Origin: Octopus vulgaris
Lineage: Eukaryota
Length of the DNA: 64,000 nt
Direction: 5' to 3'
Assembly (NCBI GenBank): GCA_951406725.2
Contig: OX597836.1
Span: forward strand, 7,626,001-7,690,000
A program made the position numbers and the translations under genes. Within the stretch, counting starts at the first letter, position 1, and each line of letters begins with the position of its first letter. The notes under the pieces are model-generated. The model ran no database searches and was not told where the DNA came from. It saw only the letters and a list, made by a program, of their open reading frames with translations. This document shows, piece by piece, positions 13,557 through 27,929 of this stretch.

Positions 13557-16500
13557 AATCCTTTATAATCTCTTCCCTTTGCCAAGTTTGATGCCTGTTG
13601 AGGTCCTCTTCAGGTTTCTTTTACTTAGAACTTACTATGCTTCAGAGCACAATTTCTTCCAACACTAATGAAGCCACTCAGGTAACAGAAGCTTTCCATT
13701 GACAGCTTATCATAAACTCTTCTGCTATGGCCTCGAAGACTACAATAAATGGGAAGGAACTGAGAATTGAGCCCTGATGGACGCTTACATGCATGCTTCA
13801 TTCCACGCTCTTAATTGACACTTTGGCAACATCTCTGTACATGTGTGAATGTGTCTATTTCTGTCCCCTTGAGGTAACATCATGATAGTTGTAAATGAGA
13901 GTTATTGTTACACAGGTAATGTCATTGGTTTCCAATCTTGTGAAAAGCATGTCTGGCCATTACTTATGGTCATAAAAAAATTCTGCCTCAATGAATCCTG
14001 CCTAACCCGTGCAAGCATAGAAAAGTGAGTATTAAACAAAAAAAAGTGGAGGACAGCAAGGAGTGCACAACAGCAGTGCATGTACACACACACACAAGGC
14101 TTTTAAAGCCTGTCAGACAAAATTAACTAAACACTGGTACAATTGAGATTGCAAGCAATCTGAGCCTAAAGGCCATGGATTACAGCATGTGTGTGTGTGT
14201 GTGTTCACATATAGTATTATACACATCAGTCAATGGGTGCTGTATTTAATGGGAACAAAGCCATCAGTTTAAACTGTTCTACCTAAATACAGCAGCCACA
14301 GTTCCTATATCATGTTAAATGTTGAGAGGATCTTCCTGTGTACAAACAACAACATTCCTCAACATAGATGGGATGGTCACAACAAGGAAGCTAATTCTAG
14401 ACAATAACACAATACAACATTGCCCCAGGCTGCTAAACCTTCCAATACATTCTTAACCTGATTGGTTACTTATTTTTTAACCCTTTTGACCAACCTACCT
14501 GGTGATTCTATGATGAAAGTTTCCTAAGTGTTTGTAACATTTCCAAATTTTCATGTTAGTATGTCTTCCAAACACTAACTTTATGTGTATAAATTTATTA
14601 AACTTTTCTTTATTTTTATCCTGTATATGTTTTAGTCATTAGAGTAAAGCCATGCTGGAGCATCATCTTGAATTTTTAGACAAACGAATCAACCCCTGTA
14701 CGTTTTTTTTTTTATTCTATCCGTCTCCTTTGCTGAACCAGGAAGTTACAGACATAAACAGACACACACACCAGGCTTCTTTCATTTTCTGTCTGTCAAA
14801 TCCACTCTTAGAGCTTTGGTTGGCCCAAGGCTATAGCAAAAGACACTTGCTGAATGTGTCACACAGTGGAACTGAAACCAGAACCATGTGGTTGGGAAGC
14901 AAACTTCCTACCACAGCCATGCCTATCAACATTAATTGAAACAAAGAAAGTGCATTTCAACAGAAATATGGTAACAAAAGGATTAATTTTTAACCATTCT
15001 CAAAAGTTAATAAATTAGCTATGTATGAACCAAAGAGGGAGCCTTTATATAGTCATTTAACCTACTAGAAACAGCAACCAAATATCTAAAACTGTCTTAG
15101 GAAAAGCTGTTACACTGGAGACCGTTGCCCAGGGAAAATGATGGAATGGTCAATTCTGGTGGGTTAAATCTAAACGAGAGCTAAAAAATAATTATTACCA
15201 CCACCAGAAGTAATAGAACAGTCGGTGGTTTATATCCTGTCATCAGCTGTCAAGACAAATTGTCAGTCATTCCAGAATCTATCTAACTCGTGACATTCTG
15301 CACAGTAGTTCACCATTGCACTGTTCTATGCAGATCACAGCTGCAGTGTAAAAACCGATCCATGATGAAAGAAGTTCCAGCCATGACCATTCCAACCCTT
15401 ATCTCAAACTGTGTTTAGATCTACATTATCCAATGTTGCCCTCATCATGTATAAGAAAAGGGATGGGATCACCACAACTAGAATGTCTTTATGCAACCTT
15501 ATTGTTTACCCTTAAGTCAACCTTCATTGAGTAGGCCTGTAATCAAAGTCATTCTAACCATGACTACCCCATCTTTGAAAACAAGAAAAGGTCAGCATCA
15601 GAAAAGGCACTCAAATGTAAAACAATGCCTCAATATCATCCACTTCACCCATACTAGCATGGCAAAATGGATGTGAAACAAGGAAAAGATAGCATCTATA
15701 TAAGTATGTATGTATGTCAGTATGTCAATGCAACAAAGAACTATTATAAAAAGCTAACCACAAGGAATTGAAAATAGAGTGTGACTAAGCGATGTAATAA
15801 GGCAAAAACTTGATACATATATTAGTGGAAAAATTAATAAAAATACACCAGAAGTATATTCCTTTGGTAGTTCATATCCACACCCAATCCTTGACCTATT
15901 AACATATGCACACACACAAATTCAGTCTCCAAATTATACTTCACCCTATTGAAAGAAACCCACTCAAAACTACACTTCCAATTACAAAGTCATCTCAATT
16001 ACAATTTCCCATTAAAATCTCTCATGTAAATTAATGTTCCAAACATTAGCTTAATAATGACAAAGTTACTCTATTGTATCTTCATTATATATTTTTTTTA
16101 TTAATCAAAATACAAAGGGTTAAAACCTTTCACTGAACTGATGTTGTAGTGGAATACATTTGCCTAAGGTGCTGTGCACTGGGGTCAAATGCAGAACAGG
16201 TGTTTGCTTGAGTGCGCACACGGTTGTGTGGTTAAGAAGTCCTCTATGCAATGTGCATTTTAAATATCACAACATAACTATCATATATCATAGAACAACA
16301 GAATAGATCTTTTGTCAAGAAGGCCAAACAAAGACATACCCTAATTGTCACAGGAAAAGAGACAAAGAAGATTAATGACTTTAACAATGAAAACATTTTC
16401 TAATAACTCCGTCATGTACAACCCTTTAACATTTAAACCAGCCATATCTGGCCTAGATATATTCAACACATTTTTTACCCAAACCAGCTAGATCTGGCAT

Positions 16501-19500
16501 CTCACACCTACCCTACAATATTCTAAATACAATCACCTCATCAAAATCTCAAAGTTACAAGATAATGCAGGATTAATTTAAAACGATGTGAATGAGCAAG
16601 TATTAGATTAAACAAAAAAATCTGAATGCTAAAATGTTAACATTAGATACATTTCTTATCTCTGGACATTTTACATTTTTTTTCCATCCTTGGACAAGTT
16701 TTTCCCAGCATGTCATCTTAACACTTGTAGAACATTATCTTTATGAAGCTCGTATTTAGATTAGCTCCCATAGCTTTTCCCCAAGCCTTCCTCTTCTACA
16801 GGTTTCTACCACTTAGATCACACACTATTTCTTTACCTAACTCTATCATCTTGCATATGTGACACATGCCTGTACCAGTGTAACAGCCTCTCTTGCACTT
16901 CATTCTTCTAATAGCTCATTTGTGCTTTATCATTCAAACATCAGACAACTTGCCTTTGACTCAGAGAGATTGTGTATTGTTACTTGCTACCAGCAGGATT
17001 GATAAATAGTTCCTTGATCATTTTCTGCCATGTTCTTTGGCTATTTGTTACACTTTCAGAATACCAACCTTAACTACTGATCATCCCACCTTGGTAGCAG
17101 AACCAGTCAACTATTCTGAAGAACCCTTTTAACATTCTGAAAGCACAGAGATTGTACCAGGAGTAATGTAAAAGTTTCTTTGACTGTATTCACTGGTATA
17201 GATCATTCAAATTGCACATATGGTAGAGTAACTCTCCATCCAGTTTTTTCATTGCAAGCAAACAACAGGTTCTAAGCAACAAAAACATGCTGTCATTGAA
17301 TTCATTGAATTCTTGACAAAAAGGAGATGCAGGCTATTTGCAGAGATGATGATGATATTAACAAGATGTGCATAGATAGATGAAACATTTTAGAGGTGCT
17401 CTTACTGCTAGCTGCATTATTTGCATCTGCTGGATAAGTCTTCTTTCTACATCTAACTCCTTTAAATTCAACTGCAAATTTTGTACACCTATAGTTGACA
17501 TTTTATAGAGGGGACACTGTATATCACTCCTATTTTGTTACCTTTTCTGGATATGGAGCATAACCATTTCTCAGCATAGCCCATTGCTAAAACTTTCAGG
17601 CTTTGTTTCCACATTTATTATATCTTCTCTAATTCTTCAGATTCAACTTTAAGAACTTGGCCGCTGACATACATAAGTCTCCTAATAGACAGGCAGTCCC
17701 AAACTTGCTGTCAACACCGAGAAAAGTCTTTCTGAAAACAACCCATTTCAAAAATTTAAGATAATGAATTTATTTCAAACACTACCAGAAATAGTAACTA
17801 ATTGCTCCTCATACACTGTAACATCTTAAAACGGTGAAAGATACATTGGATAACATAGCCCAAAGATGTGTATGCGTGAGTGTGTGCCCCTGTCTTGACA
17901 TCAGGTGAAGGTTGTAAATGTGTGACAGTCACACAAGCAACAATGATTGTTTCCAATATCTTGCTAAAAAAAAATGTCTGACTCTGGGGAAATGATTCCC
18001 TGCATGGAAACATGAAAGTTGGTGACAGGAGTGGCATCTGGTCATAGAAAATATCTCAACAAATTCTGTCCTGACCCCTTCAAGCATAGAGAAGTAGACA
18101 TTAAAATAATGATTATTTATTATACACACATTTTTGTCACCACCATGTTTTTGCCAAGCCTCGACAGAGAGAGAGAAAGAGAGAAATGTAACCTAAAAAT
18201 CTGACACTATTTTATCTGGTGATCCACTTCCTAGTTTTCACAAAACAGTGATACAAGCAGTGAGTCATGGAAAAAGCCATTTGAGCTTTGGAGTGTGAAG
18301 ACATTCTGTTTACGTCAAATAAAATACTTCATGGATTTGAGAAAATTTGTTTTATTACTGAAGGTGGGGGAACCCAGTTTTAATTTGAAATGTTCGACAT
18401 TTTAACTTACTCAAATTTTATATGATAGGACATTCAGTGTTCAATCTGGATAGTTTACATATTAGATAATATGATGAGGTTTTCTAGAAGTATTACTGAA
18501 GTATCTAGAACATGTCACCACTAACAGATAGAAAAGTACACACACAAACCAATGAGGGCAGTCCTTGCATGACTGTTCAGCTCTTAGAGAAGTAGTACCC
18601 ATTTAACCCTTTGGATATCGTCCCTCCTGAAAACACCCCACAATTCTATAATATAAACTTATTTTACAGTGACCCAAATTATAATTTAGGTTTCAAACAC
18701 CAGCTTAACAAAATCAACCGCAAAGTTCATGGTCATCCATTTCTCCTGAGAAAAGTAAAAATAAACACGACAAAGGTATAGCTGTGTGGTCAAGATGTTT
18801 ACTTTCCAACCATGTAGTTTCAGGTTCAGTCTCACTGTGTGGCACATTAGGCTAGGGTCTTCAATCACAGCCCTGCAACGACCAAAGCCTAATGCATAGG
18901 TTTGGTAGATGAAAACAGGAGTCCATGTATATACATGTTTGTGTGTGCATGTGTGTTTGTGTCTCATGTCTTGATGTCATGCAGTAGTTATAAACAAGGG
19001 TCTCCATCCAGTGTCTGCTTCCAATTTCCATGAAAACATAAACAGCAATGGGGGAAATAATATCTTTTTTCAAAACAAGTGAGGGTTGGTGACAGGAAGG
19101 GCTTCCAACTGATGAAAATCAGTATCTAACTCAACAACATTATTTCTAGTTAACTTTTTTTTTATTCTCTGCATTAAAATGCTAACACTTAACTATTAAT
19201 GACTGAAAATGTTTTGAAAAGTAATTTTTCAAATTTCAATATGGTTACTTATTTTGTTCAAGTGTATATATCTATTGATTCACCAGAAGCGATAATTTAC
19301 AGGACCCAATACAAACAGAATATTCTTTGATATATTATAACTGAAAGGTTCAAAGACAAAAGAACATGAAGATAAACGTTTTCTTAAGACTTTCATTTCA
19401 TATTTCAAGAAATATTCCAAAAGGAAAGTAGGCTCGGTTTACCAAATGAAAATCATAAACGAAGAACTCAGAATACTGGAAACTTGGAGCCTTTCAGTGT

Positions 19501-19919
19501 GTGTATGTGTGTGCGCACACACACACACACACATACATAGAGAGAGAAAAACATGAACTTTGAATGAATTAATGTTACGCTAAATTTAAAATTACATAAG
19601 CTGCTCGTTATTGATTGCTTGAACTTTAAAATCAAAATATGATCTTTATTCTTTATCAACAGAAGTGCTTGTCAACATTCCTTCATACAGGCAGATGACA
19701 CATAAAATTATTATTCTTATTACTGTTGTTGTAGTGATGCAATCGTAATGCACTGTGACATTTTATATACACACAAGAATCAATAACTTTCACCTATTTA
19801 ATAGAATTTGCTGATTTAGGAGATATATAAACAAAATAGTGAGTTGAAAATCTTCGATTAACTGGAGATTATCTTTGTAGTTAGTAGGCACCTCTCCTAA
19901 GAGTATTTAAAATATAAAA

Positions 19920-20266
19920 CAGTGCTTTTCAAACTTTTTTGGACTATTGTCCACTTTTTATAACTAATACTTTTTCAAAGCCCCTTTGCTATTAGTACAC
20001 CACATGTACATATTGCATACTACGGCACTCCGACGGTTACAACTATATGGGTTCCAGCTGATCCAATCAACAGAACAGCCTGCTTGTGAAATTAACATGC
20101 AAGTGGCTGAGCACTCCACAGACATGTACACTTCACATAGATCTCGGGGAGATTCAGCATGACAGTGTGACAAGGCTGGCCCTATGAAATACAGGCACAA
20201 CAGAAACAAAGAGTGAGAGAAAGTTGTGGTGAAAGTATAGCAGGTTTGGCCCCCACCTCTGCCGGA

Positions 20267-20337
<71 letters not shown>

Positions 20338-20718
20338 TTACAGATTAAATGTTACGTGGTAATTCAGGTGCACTGAATGTTTTTATTGCATGTATGGAAA
20401 TTCCTGTAAATTTTGACATCATTTAAGTTGTACTTTTGTTTATTGCTTATAATTTACATGCACAGATGGTATACACTTGATCTTGTTTATGTATTTATTC
20501 ACATTTCAAAGTATTGTTTTTGTTGATGCTGTCATTGGATCGGGAGGTAAGGAAAGGGTGGATAATTTAGTAACATGCAGTTCATTATTATACTTGATTT
20601 CTTCTTAAAACGAAAAACTGTACAGTTGCATTTCTCTTACTAACTTTCTCTTCAGTACCTATATGAAAGCTCCCACTGTCTGACCATACAGCAACACCAC
20701 CCACTTTGAAAAGCATCG
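19920..20718. mobile_element. hAT non-autonomous element, 799 bp, carrying a nested dispersed repeat and a (TA)n tract
   Basis: CAGTGCTTTTCAAA...TTTGAAAAGCATCG TIRs with a perfect 8-bp TSD ATATAAAA (19912-19919 and 20719-20726). Confidence 0.8.
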
Positions 20719-22627
20719 ATATAAAACAAGCAAGGGTGATAACTCCAACCAGATTGGCTAACAGTTTATATAGAGAATAAAGACAATGTAGCTAAGAGTG
20801 GATCTGAGCTTTAAAATCAAATTGTGAAAGTAGTAGACATGTTTCAGTCTTATTAGACCTCCTCTGTGAACCACTGTACTCAGTTGGCAAGACTTGCTGC
20901 CTGTGACCTCCTCCTTCCTAAGCCATTTTTATCTTTCTCATCTCTCCCTCCATATTGATATCTACAATCAACCACACCCTTTTTTCATTGCTTACTGCAT
21001 CCACCTCTAGGACAATTTAACTATCAGCTACTTTCCTCCCACAGCCTTACTAAATTATCCACCCTTTCCTTACCTCCCGATCCACAGATAGCATGCTCCG
21101 GCATGCCATCACCATCTTTTATTTTCCTTCCAGCTATTCTCACCCACCTCCACATAATGAGGGGTAGTCATGTACCTCCTCCATAACAAGAAACCTGTGC
21201 TTGTCCCTCTATTGTACTTTAGCCTTCAACACCAAACAAACACACCTCCTCCTTTCTCAAATATACTCTCATTCAGATGAAAGAGTTTTCTCTCTTTTTT
21301 AAAATTTGTCTTGTAAATTACTCAACAACCTTTCTCGTGCTGGTGTCGGGAGAATATGCCATAAAATGGTTGGCATTAGGTAGGGCGTCCGGAAGTAGAC
21401 ACCATGCCAATGCTGACTGCAAGGCCTGATGCAGTTTTACAGCTTGCTGGTTCCTGTCAAACACTCCAACTTAAGTCAGCATAGAGAAAGGGATGTTAAA
21501 TGTTGAGATGTGTGTGTGTGGGTGGGTGTAATCTAAGGAAGCCGATAATAAATATCAATATGGGTGATGACCACAGGGTGCATTTTGCATACTAAATACA
21601 CATGTCAGAATCCCATGTAGTGTTTTTCTTTTCCAAACTTAATGGACTTGTCTAGTAACAGCATGGATAGTTTCAGTGAAATGAAAGTTTTCAATACACT
21701 ATATTACATATTGGAATCCTATTTTATGGGTAGTCTGCAACACCCACTCCACCCCAGGTTCTTTCCCTCAACCATATGTTGACATATAAACACGTGTGTG
21801 TATTTTATCTTACTTGTTTCAGTCATTAGAATGCAGCCATACTGGGGCATTGCCTTGAAGGATATTTAATTGAATGAATCGACCCCTGTTACTTTATTTT
21901 TTAAAGCCTGGTACTTATTGTCAATCTCTTTTGCTGAACTGCTAACTTACGATGGACACAAACAAACCAACACTGGTTGCCGAGTGGTGGTGAGAGCCCA
22001 AACACAGACACACACATATGTAGATATATATTTCACTTAGGCATTGCGAGACTAATAACCTGTTGCAGAACTCAATATTCGAGGCACCAACGAAGCTATA
22101 GTATATTACTCAGGCACTCAACTAAGAGTCGACTGCATCTTATAGCAGAAACACCAGTAAACTAATGAAGTCCATAGCATTACCATTGTTTTTTCTGGGT
22201 CATCTTTCCCTTATATACATACATACATACACATGACAGGTTTCTTTCAGTTTCTGTCTACCAAATCCATTCACAAAGCTTTGGTTGGCTTGAGGCTACA
22301 TAGAAGACCCTTGCTCAAGATGCTAGGTTCTGGGACTGAACCTGGAAGTATACAAACATTCACACACACACACACACACACAACATTCCAGCAAAGGGTA
22401 ACTAAGACTAGAAAGGCAAAATCTTTGTAAAAATAATAATTTCATAATTTTTTTTCATTTACATAGTTTTGAGGGGAGTGAAAATAGCAATAATAAGAAA
22501 AGCAATTCTTAAAATCTAGTTTGGTGTTAATTGCTCTTTAGTAAACAACAATATTGTATGTTTGGATGAAAAATATACAGAAATCTAATAAAACTGATGT
22601 TTATCATATGCGCTCACAAAAGATTTA

Positions 22628-22783
<156 letters not shown>

Positions 22784-23087
22784 TTAGCACAAAAACAGTG
22801 AAAATTTTATTTAATTTTTTAAGTTGACAAAAGAGGAATTTTATGTCGACCAGAGATTTTATTATATGCAGACAATTTTATTTTGACCAAGCAGAAATTT
22901 ATTATGTGTGATGTGCTCAGTAGCTTGATCTGCTGGAAATAGCAAAATCTCCCTCAGTTCATACACTGCTCTCAGGAAAAAAAAAAGAAAAAACACAGGA
23001 AGGTCCTGGCTGGAATTCTTTTAGTCATGGGGTGTTCGATCAGGTTTGTCATGGAAGTAAACAATGACATCATCCACTATATCCTTC

Positions 23088-23330
23088 CATGGTTTAGTGG
23101 TTAGGGTATTGGACTTATATCATAAGATAGTGGTTTCGATTCCTGGATTGGGCGATGCATTGTGTTCTTGAGCAAATCACTTCATTTCACATTGCTCCAG
23201 TCCACTCAGATGGTAAAAATGAGTAATCCTGTGACAGACTAGCATTTCATCCAGGTGGGGAATATATAAGCCACAGAAACTGGGAAACCAGCCCTTATGA
23301 GTCGGTAGGACTTGAGAAGGTAACTTTACT
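23088..23330 (+). mobile_element. tRNA-headed SINE family C; also about 30800-31025(-), 8775-8935(-), 36085-36260(+)
   Basis: TGGTTTAGTGGTTAGGGT A box, GGTTTCGATTCC B box, then TTGAGCAA..CACTTCATTTCACATTGCTCCAGTCCACTCAG. Confidence 0.8.
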
Positions 23331-23803
23331 CATGCCAGCATGGGCAATGGATGTTAAATAACAATGATGATGATCAGTTCCAGGATAGTTATAATTAAGC
23401 ATGTTCCAACCATATCCCTCTTGTTTAATATCCAGACATAGCATCCATCCTATATGAAAACAGCCAAAACATTATTATTTGATGTGGTACATACATAATA
23501 ACACACCATGTGAGTAGGGTGTTGCAGGCCTAGGAATACATAAGAAAAACACCAAATATCTCATCTTTTACCTGTTCCAGTCATTGGATTGCATGCTAAG
23601 GCACCATCTTTGAAGCATTTCATCTAACAAATTGACACCAATACTTATTTTTAAGCCTGGCACTTGTTCTATCAGTCTCTTTTGTCAAACCACTAATTTA
23701 TGGGGATGTAAACAAACCAACATTGGTTAACAAGTTGTAGGAGGACAAATACAAAGAGACACACACATACGTATCTTATGTAATAAATTAGTATTTATAT
23801 ATA

Positions 23804-23996
23804 CAGTAATCCCTCGTCTATCACAGGTGTTATGTTCCAAAACCTGCCTCAATATATGAAAATAAGTAGAAACAGCACTGTACATTAAAATTATTTTTAT
23901 AATTTGTATATATTCATTTTTTTATAAATGCAAAACACCACCACAGGAATCGACGTAAGCTTAAATAATAAACCGCAATATGGTGAGGGACTACTG
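23804..23996. mobile_element. Tigger/pogo-type MITE, 193 bp, inserted inside a SINE
   Basis: TA|CAGTAATCCCTCG... ...GAGGGACTACTG|TA, i.e. TIRs with a TA duplication. Confidence 0.8.
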
Positions 23997-25948
23997 TATA
24001 TAACATGGGGCTTATACACAGTTTCCATCTATCAAATTCACTCAAAAGGTTTTTTGTCAGCCCGGAGCTACAGTTGAAAATATTTATCCAAAGTGTCACA
24101 TAATGGGACTGAACCTGAAACCATATGGTTGCAAAATGAGCTTCTTAACCACATCTCCATACCGGCAATTTTTGTGATTAACATTTTTTTCTCTTTTCTC
24201 CATTCTCACATGGCTATTTTAGAGGTAGAATTTTATGACCAGATCTAAGACAGTAACGGCTGCATTTTCAGCTAGTCCACATTGTTCAATACGACTAGAA
24301 TGCAATCATACGGAAGGAATGGAAGCTGTGTAGTTAAAAAAAACTTAAGCTCACAAAGAGAGAAAAACAAAAAATTTCACCACTGCATTCCACCATTTAA
24401 AAAACAAAAGAGGGTACTCGTTGCCTGATAAAATATAAGTGGGGTAGATAGCTACGTCTAGGTTTCCTTTGATCACAAGTCTGTTTGATCAAAGTTGACT
24501 TGGAGATAAACAAGATGACATCATGTACAGAAATAGATTGGACAAAAAAAAGAGAAAAATTATGCCTCAAAATTGCAACACTGCATGTTCGATGTGGTTG
24601 TCAACTAAAGTGGAGACACAACACATCTGGAATGAGAGATGTGGGTTGCACTTATTCAATCAGACAACTTCCTTACATAGCATTTAATCTGCTAAATCAC
24701 AACTGATCTGGGACTATACAACAGATAGCAGTTCCTTAATGTTCCTTTAAATTAGTATTGATTGATAGAGGAAGGTGGAGCTGTGTGGTTAAGAAGTTTC
24801 CTTCCTAACTACATGGTACTGAGTTCAGTCCTGCTGTGTGATACCTCGAGTGTCTTCTACTATTACAGCTCCAGGTCAACCAAAGCCTTGTGAGTGGGTT
24901 TGGAAGAAATTTGATATAAGCCCGTCATATGTGTGTGTGTATATTTATGTCTCCTTGCCAATCACCTGGATAATTATGAGCATCACTGTCATTCAAGCAG
25001 TGTCAATCATTTCCAATATTCTGCAAAAGCAATGCCCGGCCATGGGGAAACATCACCTTGTTTGGAAACATGAAGGGCATCCTACCATAGAATGTCTGTC
25101 TCAGCAAACTGTATCCAACCCATGCAAGCATGGGAAAGTAGACATTAAAACAATGATAATGAGGATGAGAAATTATCAAAACAGTTGTTTGACAGAGCCT
25201 TTAAAAAAATGAACCAAACTCAAACAGTGTTATACCAATGCATTGTGTACAAAGGGAACAAAAATAAACACAAATAAAATGAGATAGCAAAAGTTCATTT
25301 CTAATTGACATATGGAATTTGAAGTAACCTTTAGCACATTTTTTTTTCCCTGAGGGTCAAGATTTTGGAACCTTGCCTTACAGTGACAAATGTGAGTTCA
25401 TCATCTGTCTATAACCTTAACAGAATCTGTATTGAGAACATCTGTGATAAGAGGAAAATTAATAACTTATTTCTCCCATTTCCTAACCATGACACACATC
25501 CTATGTGTGCACCTAAATACAAGATTAGCCTGAATATAGGGCAGTAACATTTCCCTTATATAAATAAACATTAAAAGTGAGGGGGGGGGGGCTTGTAAAG
25601 GTTCAAATATAAAAAGGTTACACACTTAGATTTTCAGGGACAATTAACCCTTCATCTTAGAAAATCCTTTGTAGTCAGGCACACAAATTTTACTTATTTC
25701 AGAAGGCATTCACTTACTGCCAAAGGGAATATTCAGGGTAGTGGATTGGAAGAAACATTTGCATGCTGGTTAAGATGCCATACAAAATTTTTTCTAAATC
25801 TTTACATTTTCATTTTCAAATCTGTCAATTTTTTCTTTACATTCTTCCAAAGGCAATAAAATTGAAGTATGGGGTTTATATAATCAACCCCTCCCTTCCC
25901 ACCGAAATGTTCAATCATTTGCCTATGCCATTAATTAATATTATTAAG

Positions 25949-26783
25949 AAGGCAGCAAGTTGGCAGAATCATTAGCATGCCAGATAAAATGTTTAGTGGC
26001 ATTGCTTTTGGTTCATTATGTTCTGAGTTCAAATTCCAAGGTCGACTCAGCCTTTCATCCCTTTTGAGGGCTGATAAAATAAGTACCAGTCAAGCACTGG
26101 GCTTGATGTAATTGACTAGTTCCTGCCCCAACTCCAAAATTTCAGGCCTTATGCTTATTGTAAAATGAATTATCATTATTAAGGTGGTGAGCTGGCAGAA
26201 TTGTAAGAGAGTCAGTCATGCTTAGCAACATTTCTTCTAGCTCTCTATGCTCTGAGTTCAAATACCACCAAGATCAAACTTGCCTTCCATCCTTTCGAGG
26301 TTGATAAAAATAACAAATACTAGGGCTGATGGCATTAACTAACCAATTCCTCAAAATTGGCCTTGTGTCAAAAATGGACAAAATGCTCAGTGGTATTTCA
26401 CCCGTCACTGCAAATTCTGCTGAGATCGACTTTACCTTTCATCCTTTCGAGGTCGATAAATTAAGTACCAGTTGCATACTGGGTCAAGCTAATCGACTAC
26501 TTCCCCCTCACCCAGAATTCCAAGCCTTGTGCCTAGAATAGAAAAGAAGATTATTATTTTTATCATTATTAAGGCAGTGAGCTTGCAGAATTGTTAGCAT
26601 GCTGGGCAAAATGCTTAGTGGCATTTCGCCCGTCACTACATTCTGAGTTCAAATTCTGTCGACTGTCTTTCATCCTTTGAGGTCAACAAAATAAGTACCA
26701 TTTGAACACTGGGGTCAATGTAATTGACTAATCTCCTCCCCCAAAATGGCTGCCCTTGTGGCAAAATGTGAAACCATTATTAG
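25949..26783 (+). mobile_element. Head-to-tail cluster of four SINEs (family A, core GTCGACTTTGCCTTTCATCCTTTCGAGGTCGATAAAATAAGTACC, MetaSINE-like)
   Basis: Four copies of the core; heads AAGGCRGYGAGCTGGCAGAA follow (TTA)n tails of the previous copy. Other copies at 1911-2117(-), 2540-2855(-), 5470-5670(-), 52770-52965(+), 53140-53330(-). Confidence 0.85.
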
Positions 26784-27637
26784 CACTCTAAGAATGACAG
26801 CAGCCACAGAGCAGGAGACATCACAATTTAGTGAATTAAATAGGGTTTTAGGTTTTCAGCCAGATTTTGGGAGGATCTTTTATTTTAGTTAAATTACTGA
26901 TAACTAAAAGAAAATCTCTTATTACAACTGGAGAAAAAAATGGAGCAATAGAGAAAACAAGTTATGTTCTTGCATGTTCAGAGTTCAAATACAGATGAAG
27001 TCATCTTAGCTTTGTGTCAATAGCCAGCTGGAGGAGGTGTCCTCCTGGGGCTACAAGCTACACTAGCATCCACCCTTAAGAGTTTTAACCACATTTAAGT
27101 GGCAAATATACTTCATGATGTTGTGCAGCTACTGTTTATACCTCGCTCAGAGATTTATTATAGTCATATACTTCTGTCAGAACTCACTCTTTATTAACAT
27201 TGGCTATTCCTCACCTCTGTATAGTGTCTGGTTTAGTGGTAAATTTTGTAGAGGAGCAAATTTAGGATTAAATCAGTGGTTTCTTTGCAGCAGAGTAAAT
27301 ATGTTAGCACATCTTAGTCCACGAAATTAGTGACTTGTTGTTTAGCCCCAAGTCAACCCTGATAAAACAGATCTACAATTGTCTAAACTGTGAGCTCAGT
27401 GTCATCAACGACTACATTTCTTCAATGTGTTCTTTCCTTATATACTATGGTAGGATATGATTTGATTTGGCTGCTATTTCTTGCAAGCTCAGCAATCACA
27501 TAACCCCCTTTGTTGGCCAAAGAGAAGAGTGAGAAGCATGTTTGAAATCAATGTTGTATCTCTGATGGGATTAGAAAAGACGAAATTGTAGAGGATGATG
27601 TAACAGGAACAATGAAAGAGGAAAATCAAGGAAATCA

Positions 27638-27732
27638 TCTAATATAGTGCAGTTGGCAGTGTGCCAGCCTCACAATCAAGCAAAGTAGGTCGAGAAATCT
27701 GAAGGTTGTGAGTTCAACCCTCACCTGGGGCA
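27638..27732 (+). pseudogene. Decayed elongator tRNA-Met gene with a 22-nt intron (27675-27696); anticodon now CAC
   Basis: TAGTGCAGTTGGCAGTGTGCCAGCCTCACA^...^ATCTGAAGGTTGTGAGTTCAACCCTCACCTGGGGCA aligns with elongator tRNA-Met (TAGCGCAGTAGGCAGCGCGTCAGTCTCATA^ATCTGAAGGTCGTGAGTTCGA.CCTCAC..GGGGCA). Many differences are CpG transitions, and the 5' acceptor strand no longer pairs. Confidence 0.75.
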
Positions 27733-27929
27733 TCACAAATTGCAGGTGCCTGTCTGGTTGTGTGGTTATGAAGTTTGCTTTGCAACCCTGTGATTTTAAG
27801 TTTAGTCCAACTGCACAACACCTTGGGCAAGTATTTTTACTTTTGCCCCAAACTGACCAATAACCTTGTGAGAGCATCTGGTAGATAGAAATTATGAAGA
27901 AGCCCATCATATGTATAATGTATACACTG

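Noticed and set aside
23088-23145. tRNA-like A and B boxes (also in SINE family B heads)
   Set aside because: They continue into SINE body sequence and lack a cloverleaf; these are SINE heads, not tRNA genes.
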